Below, piece by piece: positions 1 through 10,115 of a stretch of DNA of 64,000 nt (the stretch's first letter is position 1; each line of letters starts with the position of its first letter). The DNA is from Roseibacillus sp. (GTDB lineage: Bacteria > Verrucomicrobiota > Verrucomicrobiia > Verrucomicrobiales > Akkermansiaceae), in assembly GCA_965242925.1 (NCBI GenBank), contig CBDEUM010000034.1, positions 64,001 through 128,000 on the forward strand, in the 5' to 3' direction. The translations under genes and the position numbers were made by a program. Under the pieces are notes generated by a model. That model saw nothing but the letters and a program-made list of their open reading frames with translations. It did not search any database and was not told the DNA's origin.

Positions 1-1074
1 GATTACATTTACGCCAACGACGGCATAACCTACCAGGCCGACCGCGGCGCGCCCAGGATTTCGTGGAGTGCCGTCATGGAGAACACGGGACTCGTGCCGG
101 TCACCGCTCTTGCCGATGGGGAACTCGCGTTTCTGGGGCTTAAAATCGCGGGAGCCTCTTCCGCGGCTACGCAGACCCTCGACCTTAATTCGCGGACCCT
201 CACCGGCCGCAACGAAGTTCGGCTTGCGGCTCATTCCTCCGTGCTTCTCGATGGCGGAACTATCGAGTCGCTGCGCTGGGTCGATGTGAGGGAGAACGCC
301 GAGCTCAAGGGTGCGGGCACTGTTGACGCCAGCCTTTATAACCGGGGGGTGATTGGAGTGACCCAAGCCTCCGCCCCCGCGCATCGAACGCTCAGAGTCC
401 AGGGCATTTACCATGAGTTCGGCGGTTCGACCCTCGACATCGCAATCGGCGGAGCCGGTACTCCGGGAGTGGATTTTGGGCAACTTCTGGTGATGGGCGA
501 GGCGACCCTGGCGGGCTCCCTGGCGGTCACCGTCGAGGCCGGCGTGGAGCTCACTCATGGGGAGACATTCACGGTTCTGACTGCCGGAGTCCTCCATGAC
601 ACCTTCGAAAATGCCGGTCGCATGGTGATCGGTAGCGACGGGACCCGCTTCCAGATCGGCTACTCGGACAAGTCGGTGACACTTACAGTCGAGGGGGCCA
701 CCTCCCGCGGCACTCCCTGCTCGTGGATCGAGTCCCACAACCTTGGTGGAGGCGATCCTGAGACGGTCGATCTCCTCGATCATGACGGCGATGGCATGCT
801 GGCCTGGGAAGAATACCTGGCCGGCACTGATCCCCGCGATCAGCATTCGCGGCTCTCGCTGGCGGTGGAGTCCACTGCAGGCGGCGCGGACGGATTCACC
901 CTCCGCTGGTCCAGCGCGGCGGGTCGGATCTACCATATCCTGAGCACCACGGATCTCCGCGCGCTCACTCCCCACGCGGGCCCAATTGCGGCCACCCCGC
1001 CCGAAAATTCGTTATCTTTTCCGGAGACCGGACATTCGCGGCAGTTCTTCCTTGTTTCGGTAGAGATGCCTTGA
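1..1074 (+). CDS. 3' part of a large secreted protein: autotransporter-passenger-like beta-strand region, Asp-rich repeat (DHDGDGMLAWEEYLAGTDP) and C-terminal beta-sandwich; 5'-truncated by window edge
   Basis: Frame 1 is open from base 1 (DYIYANDG...) to TGA at 1072-1074. Contains GSTLDIAIGG...GQLLVMGEATLAGSLAV (passenger-like) and ends LRWSSAAGRIYHILSTTDL...RQFFLVSVEMP. Confidence 0.8.
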   Translation, partial: DYIYANDGITYQADRGAPRISWSAVMENTGLVPVTALADGELAFLGLKIAGASSAATQTLDLNSRTLTGRNEVRLAAHSSVLLDGGTIESLRWVDVRENAELKGAGTVDASLYNRGVIGVTQASAPAHRTLRVQGIYHEFGGSTLDIAIGGAGTPGVDFGQLLVMGEATLAGSLAVTVEAGVELTHGETFTVLTAGVLHDTFENAGRMVIGSDGTRFQIGYSDKSVTLTVEGATSRGTPCSWIESHNLGGGDPETVDLLDHDGDGMLAWEEYLAGTDPRDQHSRLSLAVESTAGGADGFTLRWSSAAGRIYHILSTTDLRALTPHAGPIAATPPENSLSFPETGHSRQFFLVSVEMP

Positions 1075-1187
1075 CCGGAGATCCATCTCACGTATCACCT
1101 CAGCCGTTGCCTCGGGTGTCCGGCAAATGGCAAACCTGCCTCTGCAGCCGACCTCTAGAATCCCGGAAGAAAGGCGAACATTCTACC

Positions 1188-2375
1188 ATGAACCGACGCG
1201 GGTTTCTACAGTCAACCAGTCTTGCTGCGGCGGGCGCCGCGACAACGTTTCCACTAAGATTCCACGCCCAAACGATCAACTCGGGGCCCCTGAGGGGGAT
1301 CGATGAAGCGCCCACTCTGAAACCGGAGTTCCTACGTGATCCGATTATCATTGAGTCCGTGGAATTGCTCAGAATCAAGCGTGACTTCCTTGTCCGGATC
1401 CGTTCAAAGGACGGCGCTCAAAGCGTCACTGCACCCAACTCGCTGAGGCTCAAGGATTGTCACCCGATTTTTAATAACCGTGTTGGAAGGTTCTTCCTTG
1501 GAAAGGACGCCTGTAAGATTGAGCCCTTGCTCGAGGAGCTTTACCGCTTCAATAGCAATTACAAGTGGCAGGGACTTGCGTTCTGGGTCTGCCAGGCTGC
1601 ATTGGAGATGGCTGTGCTTGATCTCATCGGCAAGGTCCGCGCCGTTCCCCTGGGCGAACTCTTTGGGGAGGTTCGCCAACGCAACATCGCCATCTACCGG
1701 GCGAGTGGCAACCGACGAAATACACCGGAAGAGGAAGCCAATGTTCTTGGCCGATTCATCGCAGAGACCGGTGCCAAAGCGGTCAAGATCCGTGTCGGGG
1801 GACGCATGAAGCGTGTCGAGGACAGTATTCCCGGGCGCACCGAAAAACTGATCCCTCATATTCGCAGGGCACTGGGAGACAAGGTCACGCTCTACGCGGA
1901 TGCAAACAGTTCCTACGAAGTGACAGATGCGATCCGCGTGGGACGTCTTCTCGAGGAAAACAATTACGCCCTTTACGAAGAGCCCGTGCCCTTCGATCAC
2001 CTATGGGAAACCAAACAGGTGACCGAGGCCTTGAAGATACCCGTTTCCGGGGGTGAACAGGAATATAGTATGCGTCGATTTCGATGGGCAATCTCGAATC
2101 GTGCGATGGATGTCGTTCAGCCAGATCTTCACTACAATGGAGGCTTTGTGCGGGGGATCCGGGTGGCGAGGATGGCCGAGGCCGCGGGAATGATGTGCAC
2201 GCCTCACATGTCCGGATCAGGACTCGGCTACGTGAACGTTCTTCACTTCGCCAGCGTTGTGCCGAACATTGCCCCGTATCAGGAGTTCAAGGGAGAAAGC
2301 GACATGCCCTGCGAAAGCAAAAGTTCATCGCTCAAGCCCGCCGAGAATCGTGCACCTGCGCTCTCCTTCTGCTGA
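1188..2375 (+). CDS. Tat-exported mandelate racemase/muconate lactonizing enzyme (enolase superfamily) protein, C-terminus apparently truncated
   Basis: MNRRGFLQ twin-arginine signal at ATG 1188; KxR (AVKIRVGG), YADAN, YEEP, GGEQE and VQPDL motifs. The usual terminal PxxPGLG segment is missing. Confidence 0.85.
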   Translation: MNRRGFLQSTSLAAAGAATTFPLRFHAQTINSGPLRGIDEAPTLKPEFLRDPIIIESVELLRIKRDFLVRIRSKDGAQSVTAPNSLRLKDCHPIFNNRVGRFFLGKDACKIEPLLEELYRFNSNYKWQGLAFWVCQAALEMAVLDLIGKVRAVPLGELFGEVRQRNIAIYRASGNRRNTPEEEANVLGRFIAETGAKAVKIRVGGRMKRVEDSIPGRTEKLIPHIRRALGDKVTLYADANSSYEVTDAIRVGRLLEENNYALYEEPVPFDHLWETKQVTEALKIPVSGGEQEYSMRRFRWAISNRAMDVVQPDLHYNGGFVRGIRVARMAEAAGMMCTPHMSGSGLGYVNVLHFASVVPNIAPYQEFKGESDMPCESKSSSLKPAENRAPALSFC

Positions 2376-2632
2376 AGCCCACCGCCTGGCACATGTGGCA
2401 TCGCCCCCATCAGGACCCGATAGAATCGGTGTTTTATCCCCGAGGAAACCGGACCAGATCCCGTAACGCGGCAGAAGTGGCGGAACGCGCTGGGGCGTTC
2501 GCTCCATTTTTCCCGAAGGTCCGTGTTCGCTGGGACGAAACCTGGCTATATGTCGAGAGCAACGGCACTGATCACGGCATGAGCATCACGTTGCTGGCGA
2601 AGGTCGGCATAGCCCCGTATCAGGAGTTCAAG
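2271..2632 (+). repeat. 21-bp exact direct repeat GCCCCGTATCAGGAGTTCAAG (2271-2291 and 2612-2632)
   Basis: Read directly from the sequence; both copies encode APYQEFK. Confidence 0.85.
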
Positions 2633-2870
2633 TGGCAGATTCCGCTTAGTCCCGACATGCCGTCTCAACCCAGGATAACCTCTTCCGCGGTGAAACGGAG
2701 TCCCTATCTTTAACGCCCTTAATAACCGGGGCGAGGATGCCTTCATCGGCGCTCGATGAGTGGGGCGGGCACGCGGGCCTGAGACTATCACTATCATGCC
2801 GCTCCGGCATCGTCGGCGAAGCGGCCCCGATCGTATGATACCCTGTCCCTAAGGGACCCGATGGTATGGG
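2380..2870 (+). pseudogene. Decayed YHYH-domain protein
   Basis: Across frames: AFAPFFPKVRVRWDETWLYVESNG..HGM..WQIPL.P / AV(N)GVPIFNALNNRGEDAF / LDEWGGHAG / DYHYHAAP, broken by several frameshifts and stops. Confidence 0.75.
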
Positions 2871-3421
2871 AGTAGAGATTGATCCTGTCACTACGTGAGG
2901 GCGTCCGTCCGGAAGGCGAAGCCCGTGAGTGCTTGAGGACGCCGACCTTCGAGTTGTGGGATCCAAGCGGTTCAGTTGTCTCCGACACCTATGCGGGGTG
3001 GGTGGTTCCACCAGAAAAACAGTGGTTTCATCTGGGGTCGACGATAGTCAGTTCTTCACGCGCAACATGCCTCAGCATGGCATCGGTAATGCCCACCCCG
3101 GAAACACATTCCTGCCACTCAAATATCTGAAAGAAAATGGTGGTTCTCCTGATAATCTACTCTGTTCTGAGCAAAGGCCGGTCCGTAGAAACCGGGGGCC
3201 AGGTCATTGCCCTGTCACCCTGACCGAGGCAGGGGAAGGCGGCACCGGGAGCCCGCATCCCTGACCATTACAGAACTGGCGTTGGTTGGAATCGACGACG
3301 AGTCCGATATGAAAGAATCCCTCGCGGGGGTCATTGCGCCGTAGAAACACTCAACCCGCTCCAGTTCCGGATAACTAGTCGCAGGCTCGACCCTGAAACC
3401 TGATTTCGCTAGCACCAATGA

Positions 3422-4324
3422 TCACTTGAATACCTCTCCTTTGGTCGCGTCTCCCTCCTGATCGATGATCTGCACGCTCACCACGGTTCTCTGACTGGGC
3501 AAACGCCACTTCCAGATCAACTTCTTTTCCTGAGTCACTTCAATAAGATGATGACTTCCCTGATAGAAACTAATAATCGTATTTCCATTGGGCAGGCGAT
3601 TCAATCCGGTCATAAATCCCATCTTGATTCCTGGCACGTCTGCCCGCTCCAGTTTCCAGACAATCTTGTCATTTTTATCGACTTCCACGGCCATCGCTCC
3701 TGCACCCGTGCTGAAAAGAGTATTGCCATTATCGAGACGGGTCACCGCATGGGCTTTTGACATCTTGACTCCGGGAAGATCCCGGATGACACGGACGGTC
3801 CTGCCGGTCGGATCAATTTCGCGAATCTCATCGTCGCAGGAGATCATGCATAGATAATTCCCGCTCCTGAGCTTTCGGCACATCCGGTATCGCATATGCA
3901 GATTGTTATTCCTGGACGCCACCGACACCTCTTTCACGAGCTCTCCTTTCCTGTTGATTTCGATCAATCGGGAGGGACCATTCTGCGCAATCAGAATATT
4001 TCCATCCGCAAGCGGCTGACAGGTATGAATCTCGTCCTTTGCTTCGGTTGAATTCCACGCAAACACCTGCTTGCCAGCCTTATCGAATATTTTCACCCCT
4101 CGACTCCAGGCGAAGAGCACCTCTCCATTTGGAAGCGCCCAGACATCATTAGGGTTCCGCGCCTTAAAGACGTGCTTTCTCTTCCCCTCCTTATCTACGA
4201 CACAAACCTCTCCCTTCGAGAAATCCGCACACACCAAATTGTATTTAGGACCGTCAACGACCTCACCCACAAGACCACCCGCCAAGCCCACCAGCAACAA
4301 AAGCACAGTTTGATTGAGGTTCAT
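3422..4324 (-). CDS. Secreted beta-propeller protein (PQQ-like/arylsulfotransferase-like repeats)
   Basis: Signal peptide MNLNQTVLLLLVGLAGG; repeated L-x-N-G-N-(T/I/Y)-L ... E(I/V)D..G..VW blades. Confidence 0.8.
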   Translation of the reverse strand: MNLNQTVLLLLVGLAGGLVGEVVDGPKYNLVCADFSKGEVCVVDKEGKRKHVFKARNPNDVWALPNGEVLFAWSRGVKIFDKAGKQVFAWNSTEAKDEIHTCQPLADGNILIAQNGPSRLIEINRKGELVKEVSVASRNNNLHMRYRMCRKLRSGNYLCMISCDDEIREIDPTGRTVRVIRDLPGVKMSKAHAVTRLDNGNTLFSTGAGAMAVEVDKNDKIVWKLERADVPGIKMGFMTGLNRLPNGNTIISFYQGSHHLIEVTQEKKLIWKWRLPSQRTVVSVQIIDQEGDATKGEVFK

Positions 4325-4744
4325 GCCTCTCTTGGACGTCATCTGCGGGGTGAGGTCAAGAAACGATTGATATCACTCCAATGGTCAACCGAGGGCAGGG
4401 ATGGCTTCTTGCAGATCAAGGACGGCAGATCCCGGCGGGGCGGGCATGGCCTTGAAAATCGGACGAAGTCGAAAGAGATTGCGGGGAAATGTCGCTTGCG
4501 CTGACGGAAGGGAAGTCGGGTCTTCGTCAATACTGCGGAACACACTGGCAGACTGGTGAGAGAGGGGGCATGCTTGGAGCAATCATTTCCTCGATCTTCA
4601 CTTGGTCGATCGGTAATGTTCTCACGCTTGCCTGAACACATGTATAAGCTACAGGAAAACGGGGAGAGGTCTACTTCACGCTGAGGCCGAGGAAGAGAGG
4701 GCCGCGCGGATGAGCTCAGAGGAATCCGGATGTGTGATCGCGGT

Positions 4745-7700
4745 CTATGGTACGACCAAGAACTGTCCGCGCACGAACAGGACTGCTTCGGCAGAGACCG
4801 GGTTAGCGGTGCGAAAGGTCAGACTTTCGGTGCCGTCATTGTTATTGACGACGCTTATCGGCACCAGGGTGCCGCCACCGCCCAGCCAGGTAAGGAGGTC
4901 GGTGCTGAACTGCGGCCGGGTAATGACATCATCTGCCCCGAGTCGACGATTGATCTCGATCGTCAGATAGTTGTCGACGAGCCCGCCGATCTCGAGAGGC
5001 CGGATCCGGGCCACTGGTGCGGACTGGGGGGAGTGCTGCAGGGGGTTGCTGCCGAGCGCGTACTCCATGAAGTTGCTCAGGCCGTCGTGATCGGGGTCGG
5101 CGGCATCCTCGGTTATGCCGTTGCCGATTTTCCAGATCGAGTAGCTGAACATATCGCTGGTGCCAGGGTTACCATCGGTGCTTGCGCTTGTCCGCCAGTT
5201 GGCCGGATCATTGGGATCGGGCTGTGACACCGGGTTGATGAGGACGAGGGAGTAGCCGTCGCCGTCCGCGCTGGCCGGCCAGGGGTCGCCGTCGTTGTAG
5301 GTCAGGTCGAGGACAATCGCACCGTTCGAGTCGGTGATGATGAGCCGTTCGCCGTCGTTGTTGAGATCGCCTGAGAATTCGCCGGCGAAGGTGGCGCGGA
5401 TGCCGTAGCGCATCTCGAAGGCGGCGGGGTTGTTTGCCAGGACGAGGCGTGCGCCGGGAGCCAGGGTTCCCCCTAGCAGCGATTCCTCGAAGGCGAACCC
5501 GATTCCACTGGTGAAGGCCAGTCCGGCGAGGTCGACGTGGCGGGGACCGATGTTGAGCAGTTCAATGAACTCAAAGTCGCTGCTCTCGTTGAAGCCCGCA
5601 ACCATCTCGGCGGTGCTCGGCGGTGCAGGCCGGTAGTGAATCTCAGTGATGGCGAGGGTGGCGGCGGCGGCCGGATCGGTATCGACCACGAAGGCGGCTT
5701 CGGTCAAGGCGCTCCACTGGGAGCCATTCTTGACGCGCGATCGCACGAGGTTGGCGCCCACCGAGGTGAGGAAGAGCGGGTTGGCTGTGGTGGTCTTGAC
5801 GGCGTCAAGCTGCAGATCAAAGCTGATGTCACTGGAAGTGCCGCTGTATTGGTGAATCTCGACAGCCAGCGTGTTTTGTCCGTTGACGAGGTCGACTGGT
5901 GGGAAGTCGATCGCGAAGTATCTCGTCTCGTCATTACCGCTCACGAAATTCGAGGAAGTCGTCAGGTAGCTGATCGTGCCCCCGGGCATGTTCGAGCGGG
6001 CGACCTCGTTGCCGTTCAGGTAGACGACCGCACCGTCGTCGCGCCGCAATCCGAGCGTCAGTTTGGTATAGTCGTCGACATTTGTGGCGTTGAAGGAACG
6101 GCGGAAATAGGTGGTTGCGTATTTCGAGGATGAGTTGGGCCCAAACGAGAGGGTGGTGGCTTCGCCCCCGTCTCCGTAGCCGAGTTCCGCCGCCCCGGAC
6201 TCCCATGAGTTGTCGTTGAATTCCGGGTTGCGCCAAGCTGTTCCCTGGTCGCTGCCGTTATCGAGATATTTCCAGATCGAGCCGGTGCTGACTAGATTCT
6301 CGGTCATGGTGTTACCCTGAAACACCTCCGCGCCAGGAGCGATGGCGCCGCCCAGTTCGCGCGGGTCGTCGCCGTTGACAGTATAGTAGATGATCCCCGG
6401 ACTGCCCTCGAGCAGTAACTGCTGGGTGCTGGCAATGGAGCCGCCGTGCTGGCTGTAGCCTGGAGGATCCAGGTCCGGGTACCAGTCGACCGATCGGAGC
6501 TGGCCAATCAAGGTGGGCACCCGGCCTGTGATGAAATCACGCACACCCTGCACGGCGTTCAACCAGCTGGCGTGGCTACGGCTTGTGCTGCCCCAGCGCG
6601 CTGAGTGGGCAAAGATCGCCTGGTCGATGTAGTCGGCGCGCCGGTTGACCCGCGCAATCCCGGCGGCGTCGGTGAGGAGGCCGTCGTTGTAGCAGTACCT
6701 GGCCACGCGGTCGGCGAAGGCCATGCGGTATTCGAGGTTCTGACCGGCCAGTCGTTCATGGAGGGTATGCGGATTGAAATCGTTGAGGGATGAGCTCCGG
6801 GTGAAGGGGGAGACCATGTTGGTCTCTCCGGTCCCGAGTGAGTGCTCGCTGTCGTGCTCGAAGAACTTGTAGCCGTCGGGAGTGAGCCGGTTATAGACGC
6901 CGAAGTAGTTGTTCGGGCGTGGCTGAGTGTAGCGTGATCCAGGGCCGTCGCGATCGCCGGTGTAGTAGGTGATGATCATGTAATCGATCAGGTTTTCCAG
7001 ATCCACCAGCTTCTCGATCGCCGGGTTGAGGGTGCCATCGGAGTTCCTTCCCTGGATATTGAAATAGGCGGCGTTGCTCGAGAAACCGGACTGCCACTTT
7101 TGCCACAATCGCTGGTAGGAGGAACGGTTGCCATCGGTGACGCCACCAAAGGATTTCACTACGTCATAGTCGAGCTGGTCGCCGCCGAAATAGATCTCAC
7201 CGTAATTGGCTTCAGCGCGCTCATCGGTCTCGCACATTCCCCAGTAGATGCCGTTGAGGTAAAGGTGGTACCAGCGGCTCCGCTTGTAAGGATGTCCCAT
7301 CTCGCCCTGCAGATCCCGCGACCACGTGTCACGGATGAAGCTGTTCTGACTCGTTCCGCCCATGGCCCACGAATAGTTCTGGGGACCGCGCAGGTCGATC
7401 TTGTCGAACTCGTCGGCACCCTCATCTCCGAAGAGTTTGTAGTTGAGCCGGCCCGTGCCATATTCGCGACGGAAGAAGAGCCGGAACGAGTGCTTGGGGT
7501 TCTGCGTCCTGCGGGAGAAACCCCCGCGGATGCGAAGTCCGCAACCCGTCTGAAAGCCCTCGGGATTTCCGTCCGGATCGACCCAGCCCGGGGGGTGGAT
7601 GAGCTCAAGCGAAGCCTCGCGCTCCCAGGCGTAGCCGCTGCTGTTCGGGTTTGAGTAGATCCCGGTGCCGGCGCTGGTCAGGTTCGCCTGGTCAAGGACG

Positions 7701-9715
7701 ATCGAGAGGGTGGGGATCGAGAGCAAGGCGTCCTTGGTTTGCTCTACGCCGCCGATGGCGGGATTGGAATTGTTGACCACCCCCGAATTCATCCCGTATT
7801 GGTACACCTGCCCGTTGACCGAGCGGCCCGGCCACCCGGGCGGGGCGGACGATGTCTGCGTGATGATGTCGCTGACGAAGAGATAGGTCTGGGTGTCGAC
7901 ATTGGTGGGATCCAGGCCGGCCTTGAACGCCACGGCGCGCAAGGTTGTGGTCTTGCTGATAGGAATCGGGCTTATGTAAACCGAGCCGTTGGTGGAGGTT
8001 GGCGTCGAACCATCGGTGGTGTAGCGAATGGTGGCACCCGGCGTCGCGCTGGCGATCTCGACCTGGACAGGCGCATCGTAAAATCCGCGATCCGGATCAA
8101 ATTTGGTGTCCTCCACTTTGCCTTGGCTGGAGGGTTCCGAGTTGATGCCGTCGGGGGTTGGGTCGTCGAAATAGAACGGGTCTCCCTCCTGCAGGCCTCC
8201 ACCGAGCAACGTGGGCAGCAGCAGAAATGAATCGTCCGCGGAGGCGATGTTCATGCCATGGATGGCGAGGACGTTGTCCGGACCGCTGGCGAGCAGGTTG
8301 GTGTAGGCAGTGAGATTGAAGACCTCCGCCACGAAGGCATCGGCGCCAGTGCGCACGGCGGTGGCGCCTGCGCTCCAGGTGGGCGTGTCGGCGATTGCAT
8401 TTCCACTGGCGACCCGCGTGCCATTCAAGTAGGCGACGAACCCGTCGTTGTAGCGCATCGAAAGCGAGAGCGAGGTGAGTCCGTTGGGGTCGCTGACAGA
8501 AAATGGAATACGCAGGTAGAGGCTGGAGTTGACGTTCTTCATCTGTGGTTGGAGGTCGGTGGCAATCAGGCCGCCGCCAGCCGCGCCATCGGGTGTCGTG
8601 AAGACCGGAAGTCCGCCGTTGGCCGTGTCGCCGACCAGTTGGAAACCGGCGTTAAACGTGGTGAACGATCCCTTCGCGGCGAAGAGTTCCATTTCAGCGC
8701 CGCCGCCGCGCTCCCAGAACATCGCTTCGATGGTGTGCGCCCCGGCGCTGAGGTTGCGCGAGCCGAAGTGGTCAGCGGCACCGTGCAGGGTGGGGTCGAC
8801 CATCACATCCACTCCGTCGATGCGGATGCGCCCGCCGTCGTCGGAGTTAAGGCCGAACGTCCAGACTCCGGCAGTCGGGATGATGATGGTTCCCGTGACT
8901 TCAACCACAAAATCGTCGCCGCCACCTCCAGGGAAGACAAGATTGTTTCCAAAGTGGCCGTCACCCCCACTGTCAAGGAAGTTGCAGACGGGTTCCACTT
9001 TGATCGTCTCGCTGGCGACGTTGCTGCCGGCCAGGGCCGAGTCGGCGCTGCTGAGGCTGCTGAGGGTTCCGTTGGAGTGGACGTCGCGTACGGTCAGACC
9101 GGGGATCTGCAATCCGAAGCCGACGCCCGTGGCGCCACTGGACCATCCACGTGGAGCAAAGTCGCCCTGAGTCCAGGTCGTTCCCAGCGTCCCGTCGGAG
9201 GGCACCAGGAACTGTGAGATATCACCCTCGTCGACCAGCGGGGTGCCCTCGAATGCCAGTCCATAGGAGCGATCTGGATCCTGGTTGGGGAACTCGGGGG
9301 CGTATTGGTGCGCCACAGTGGTGCCATCTGGTTCCACAAGTGCGAGATACTCGCCTCCGGAGCTGAGCTGAAAGTTGGTGTGCAGTTCTGATCCCGGAAT
9401 TCGCCGATCTTTCCCGGAGGCGAACACGACGAGAAATCCTCCGGGCTGTAGGATCACTGGAGGAAACGGCCATTTGCTGAGATTTATAGCGTTGTCGGTC
9501 AGACACCATCCCGTCAGATCGATGGACGCCCCGTCGGGGTTGTGAACCTCGATCCAGTCCGAGAACTCGCCATCCTCATCATCAAGAGTGGTGTCGTTAT
9601 CCGCCATGAACTCTGTAATCAATGGTCCGGCTAGGACCACCGGAGCGACCGCAGATAACAGGGGCAGCAGAATCGGGGGGCTCTTTAGAAGAGAGAAGAG
9701 GCGGGTGGGCGACAT
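4745..9715 (-). CDS. Lamin-tail domain / PA14 / chitobiase-like Fn3 / CotH kinase-family large secreted protein (CotH giant 1)
   Basis: Signal peptide, then LTD (ITEFMADN..DEDGEFSDWIEVHN), PA14 (FGLNSDDGGRIRIDG..ERGGGA), IRYTTDGSTPT, CotH core (GLRIRGG, KHSFRLFFR, LYLNGIYWG, GDRDG..NNY), second LTD and terminal beta-domain. Start set at ATG 9715. Confidence 0.9.
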   Translation of the reverse strand: MSPTRLFSLLKSPPILLPLLSAVAPVVLAGPLITEFMADNDTTLDDEDGEFSDWIEVHNPDGASIDLTGWCLTDNAINLSKWPFPPVILQPGGFLVVFASGKDRRIPGSELHTNFQLSSGGEYLALVEPDGTTVAHQYAPEFPNQDPDRSYGLAFEGTPLVDEGDISQFLVPSDGTLGTTWTQGDFAPRGWSSGATGVGFGLQIPGLTVRDVHSNGTLSSLSSADSALAGSNVASETIKVEPVCNFLDSGGDGHFGNNLVFPGGGGDDFVVEVTGTIIIPTAGVWTFGLNSDDGGRIRIDGVDVMVDPTLHGAADHFGSRNLSAGAHTIEAMFWERGGGAEMELFAAKGSFTTFNAGFQLVGDTANGGLPVFTTPDGAAGGGLIATDLQPQMKNVNSSLYLRIPFSVSDPNGLTSLSLSMRYNDGFVAYLNGTRVASGNAIADTPTWSAGATAVRTGADAFVAEVFNLTAYTNLLASGPDNVLAIHGMNIASADDSFLLLPTLLGGGLQEGDPFYFDDPTPDGINSEPSSQGKVEDTKFDPDRGFYDAPVQVEIASATPGATIRYTTDGSTPTSTNGSVYISPIPISKTTTLRAVAFKAGLDPTNVDTQTYLFVSDIITQTSSAPPGWPGRSVNGQVYQYGMNSGVVNNSNPAIGGVEQTKDALLSIPTLSIVLDQANLTSAGTGIYSNPNSSGYAWEREASLELIHPPGWVDPDGNPEGFQTGCGLRIRGGFSRRTQNPKHSFRLFFRREYGTGRLNYKLFGDEGADEFDKIDLRGPQNYSWAMGGTSQNSFIRDTWSRDLQGEMGHPYKRSRWYHLYLNGIYWGMCETDERAEANYGEIYFGGDQLDYDVVKSFGGVTDGNRSSYQRLWQKWQSGFSSNAAYFNIQGRNSDGTLNPAIEKLVDLENLIDYMIITYYTGDRDGPGSRYTQPRPNNYFGVYNRLTPDGYKFFEHDSEHSLGTGETNMVSPFTRSSSLNDFNPHTLHERLAGQNLEYRMAFADRVARYCYNDGLLTDAAGIARVNRRADYIDQAIFAHSARWGSTSRSHASWLNAVQGVRDFITGRVPTLIGQLRSVDWYPDLDPPGYSQHGGSIASTQQLLLEGSPGIIYYTVNGDDPRELGGAIAPGAEVFQGNTMTENLVSTGSIWKYLDNGSDQGTAWRNPEFNDNSWESGAAELGYGDGGEATTLSFGPNSSSKYATTYFRRSFNATNVDDYTKLTLGLRRDDGAVVYLNGNEVARSNMPGGTISYLTTSSNFVSGNDETRYFAIDFPPVDLVNGQNTLAVEIHQYSGTSSDISFDLQLDAVKTTTANPLFLTSVGANLVRSRVKNGSQWSALTEAAFVVDTDPAAAATLAITEIHYRPAPPSTAEMVAGFNESSDFEFIELLNIGPRHVDLAGLAFTSGIGFAFEESLLGGTLAPGARLVLANNPAAFEMRYGIRATFAGEFSGDLNNDGERLIITDSNGAIVLDLTYNDGDPWPASADGDGYSLVLINPVSQPDPNDPANWRTSASTDGNPGTSDMFSYSIWKIGNGITEDAADPDHDGLSNFMEYALGSNPLQHSPQSAPVARIRPLEIGGLVDNYLTIEINRRLGADDVITRPQFSTDLLTWLGGGGTLVPISVVNNNDGTESLTFRTANPVSAEAVLFVRGQFLVVP

Positions 9716-10115
9716 GGGAGTGGATCGGGATAGAGTTTTGGGGAAGGGAGAACCGCACACACGGCAGTCGATCGGAATCAGTAGTGATGTTCACTGACCC
9801 AATTCCTTGAATTGTCTTAGCTTCCTAGGGGAGTGCAATGAGTTTTGATCCGTGAATGCGTTCTGGCAATATCCGACGGGCGCCCGGTTGCATTTGCCCG
9901 TAATACCGCGATGGCCTATTTTTAGGTCGACCAAGGCAAATCCCCCGCGATTCGAATCTGCTACCCACTCCCAAGGGGGTTAGAACGCTAAAGAGCATGC
10001 TTAGACCGGGGGCTGGATTCACGGAAAACCCAGTTTGCCCTGCATACGGCTGCGGCAGGGTGATCGTCTTTCGCATCTCTCGACGACCGAACTGATCTTT
10101 GTTACATGAACTCTC

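Noticed and set aside
4339..4740. Short ORFs between the propeller gene and CotH giant 1
   Set aside because: No motifs or coding signal I can support.
9940..10080. tRNA-like bits (GATTCGAATC; GCTGGATTCA..CCAGTT reminiscent of tRNA-Sec)
   Set aside because: Arms are in the wrong order and spacing; I could not build a cloverleaf. tRNAscan-SE/Aragorn would settle it.
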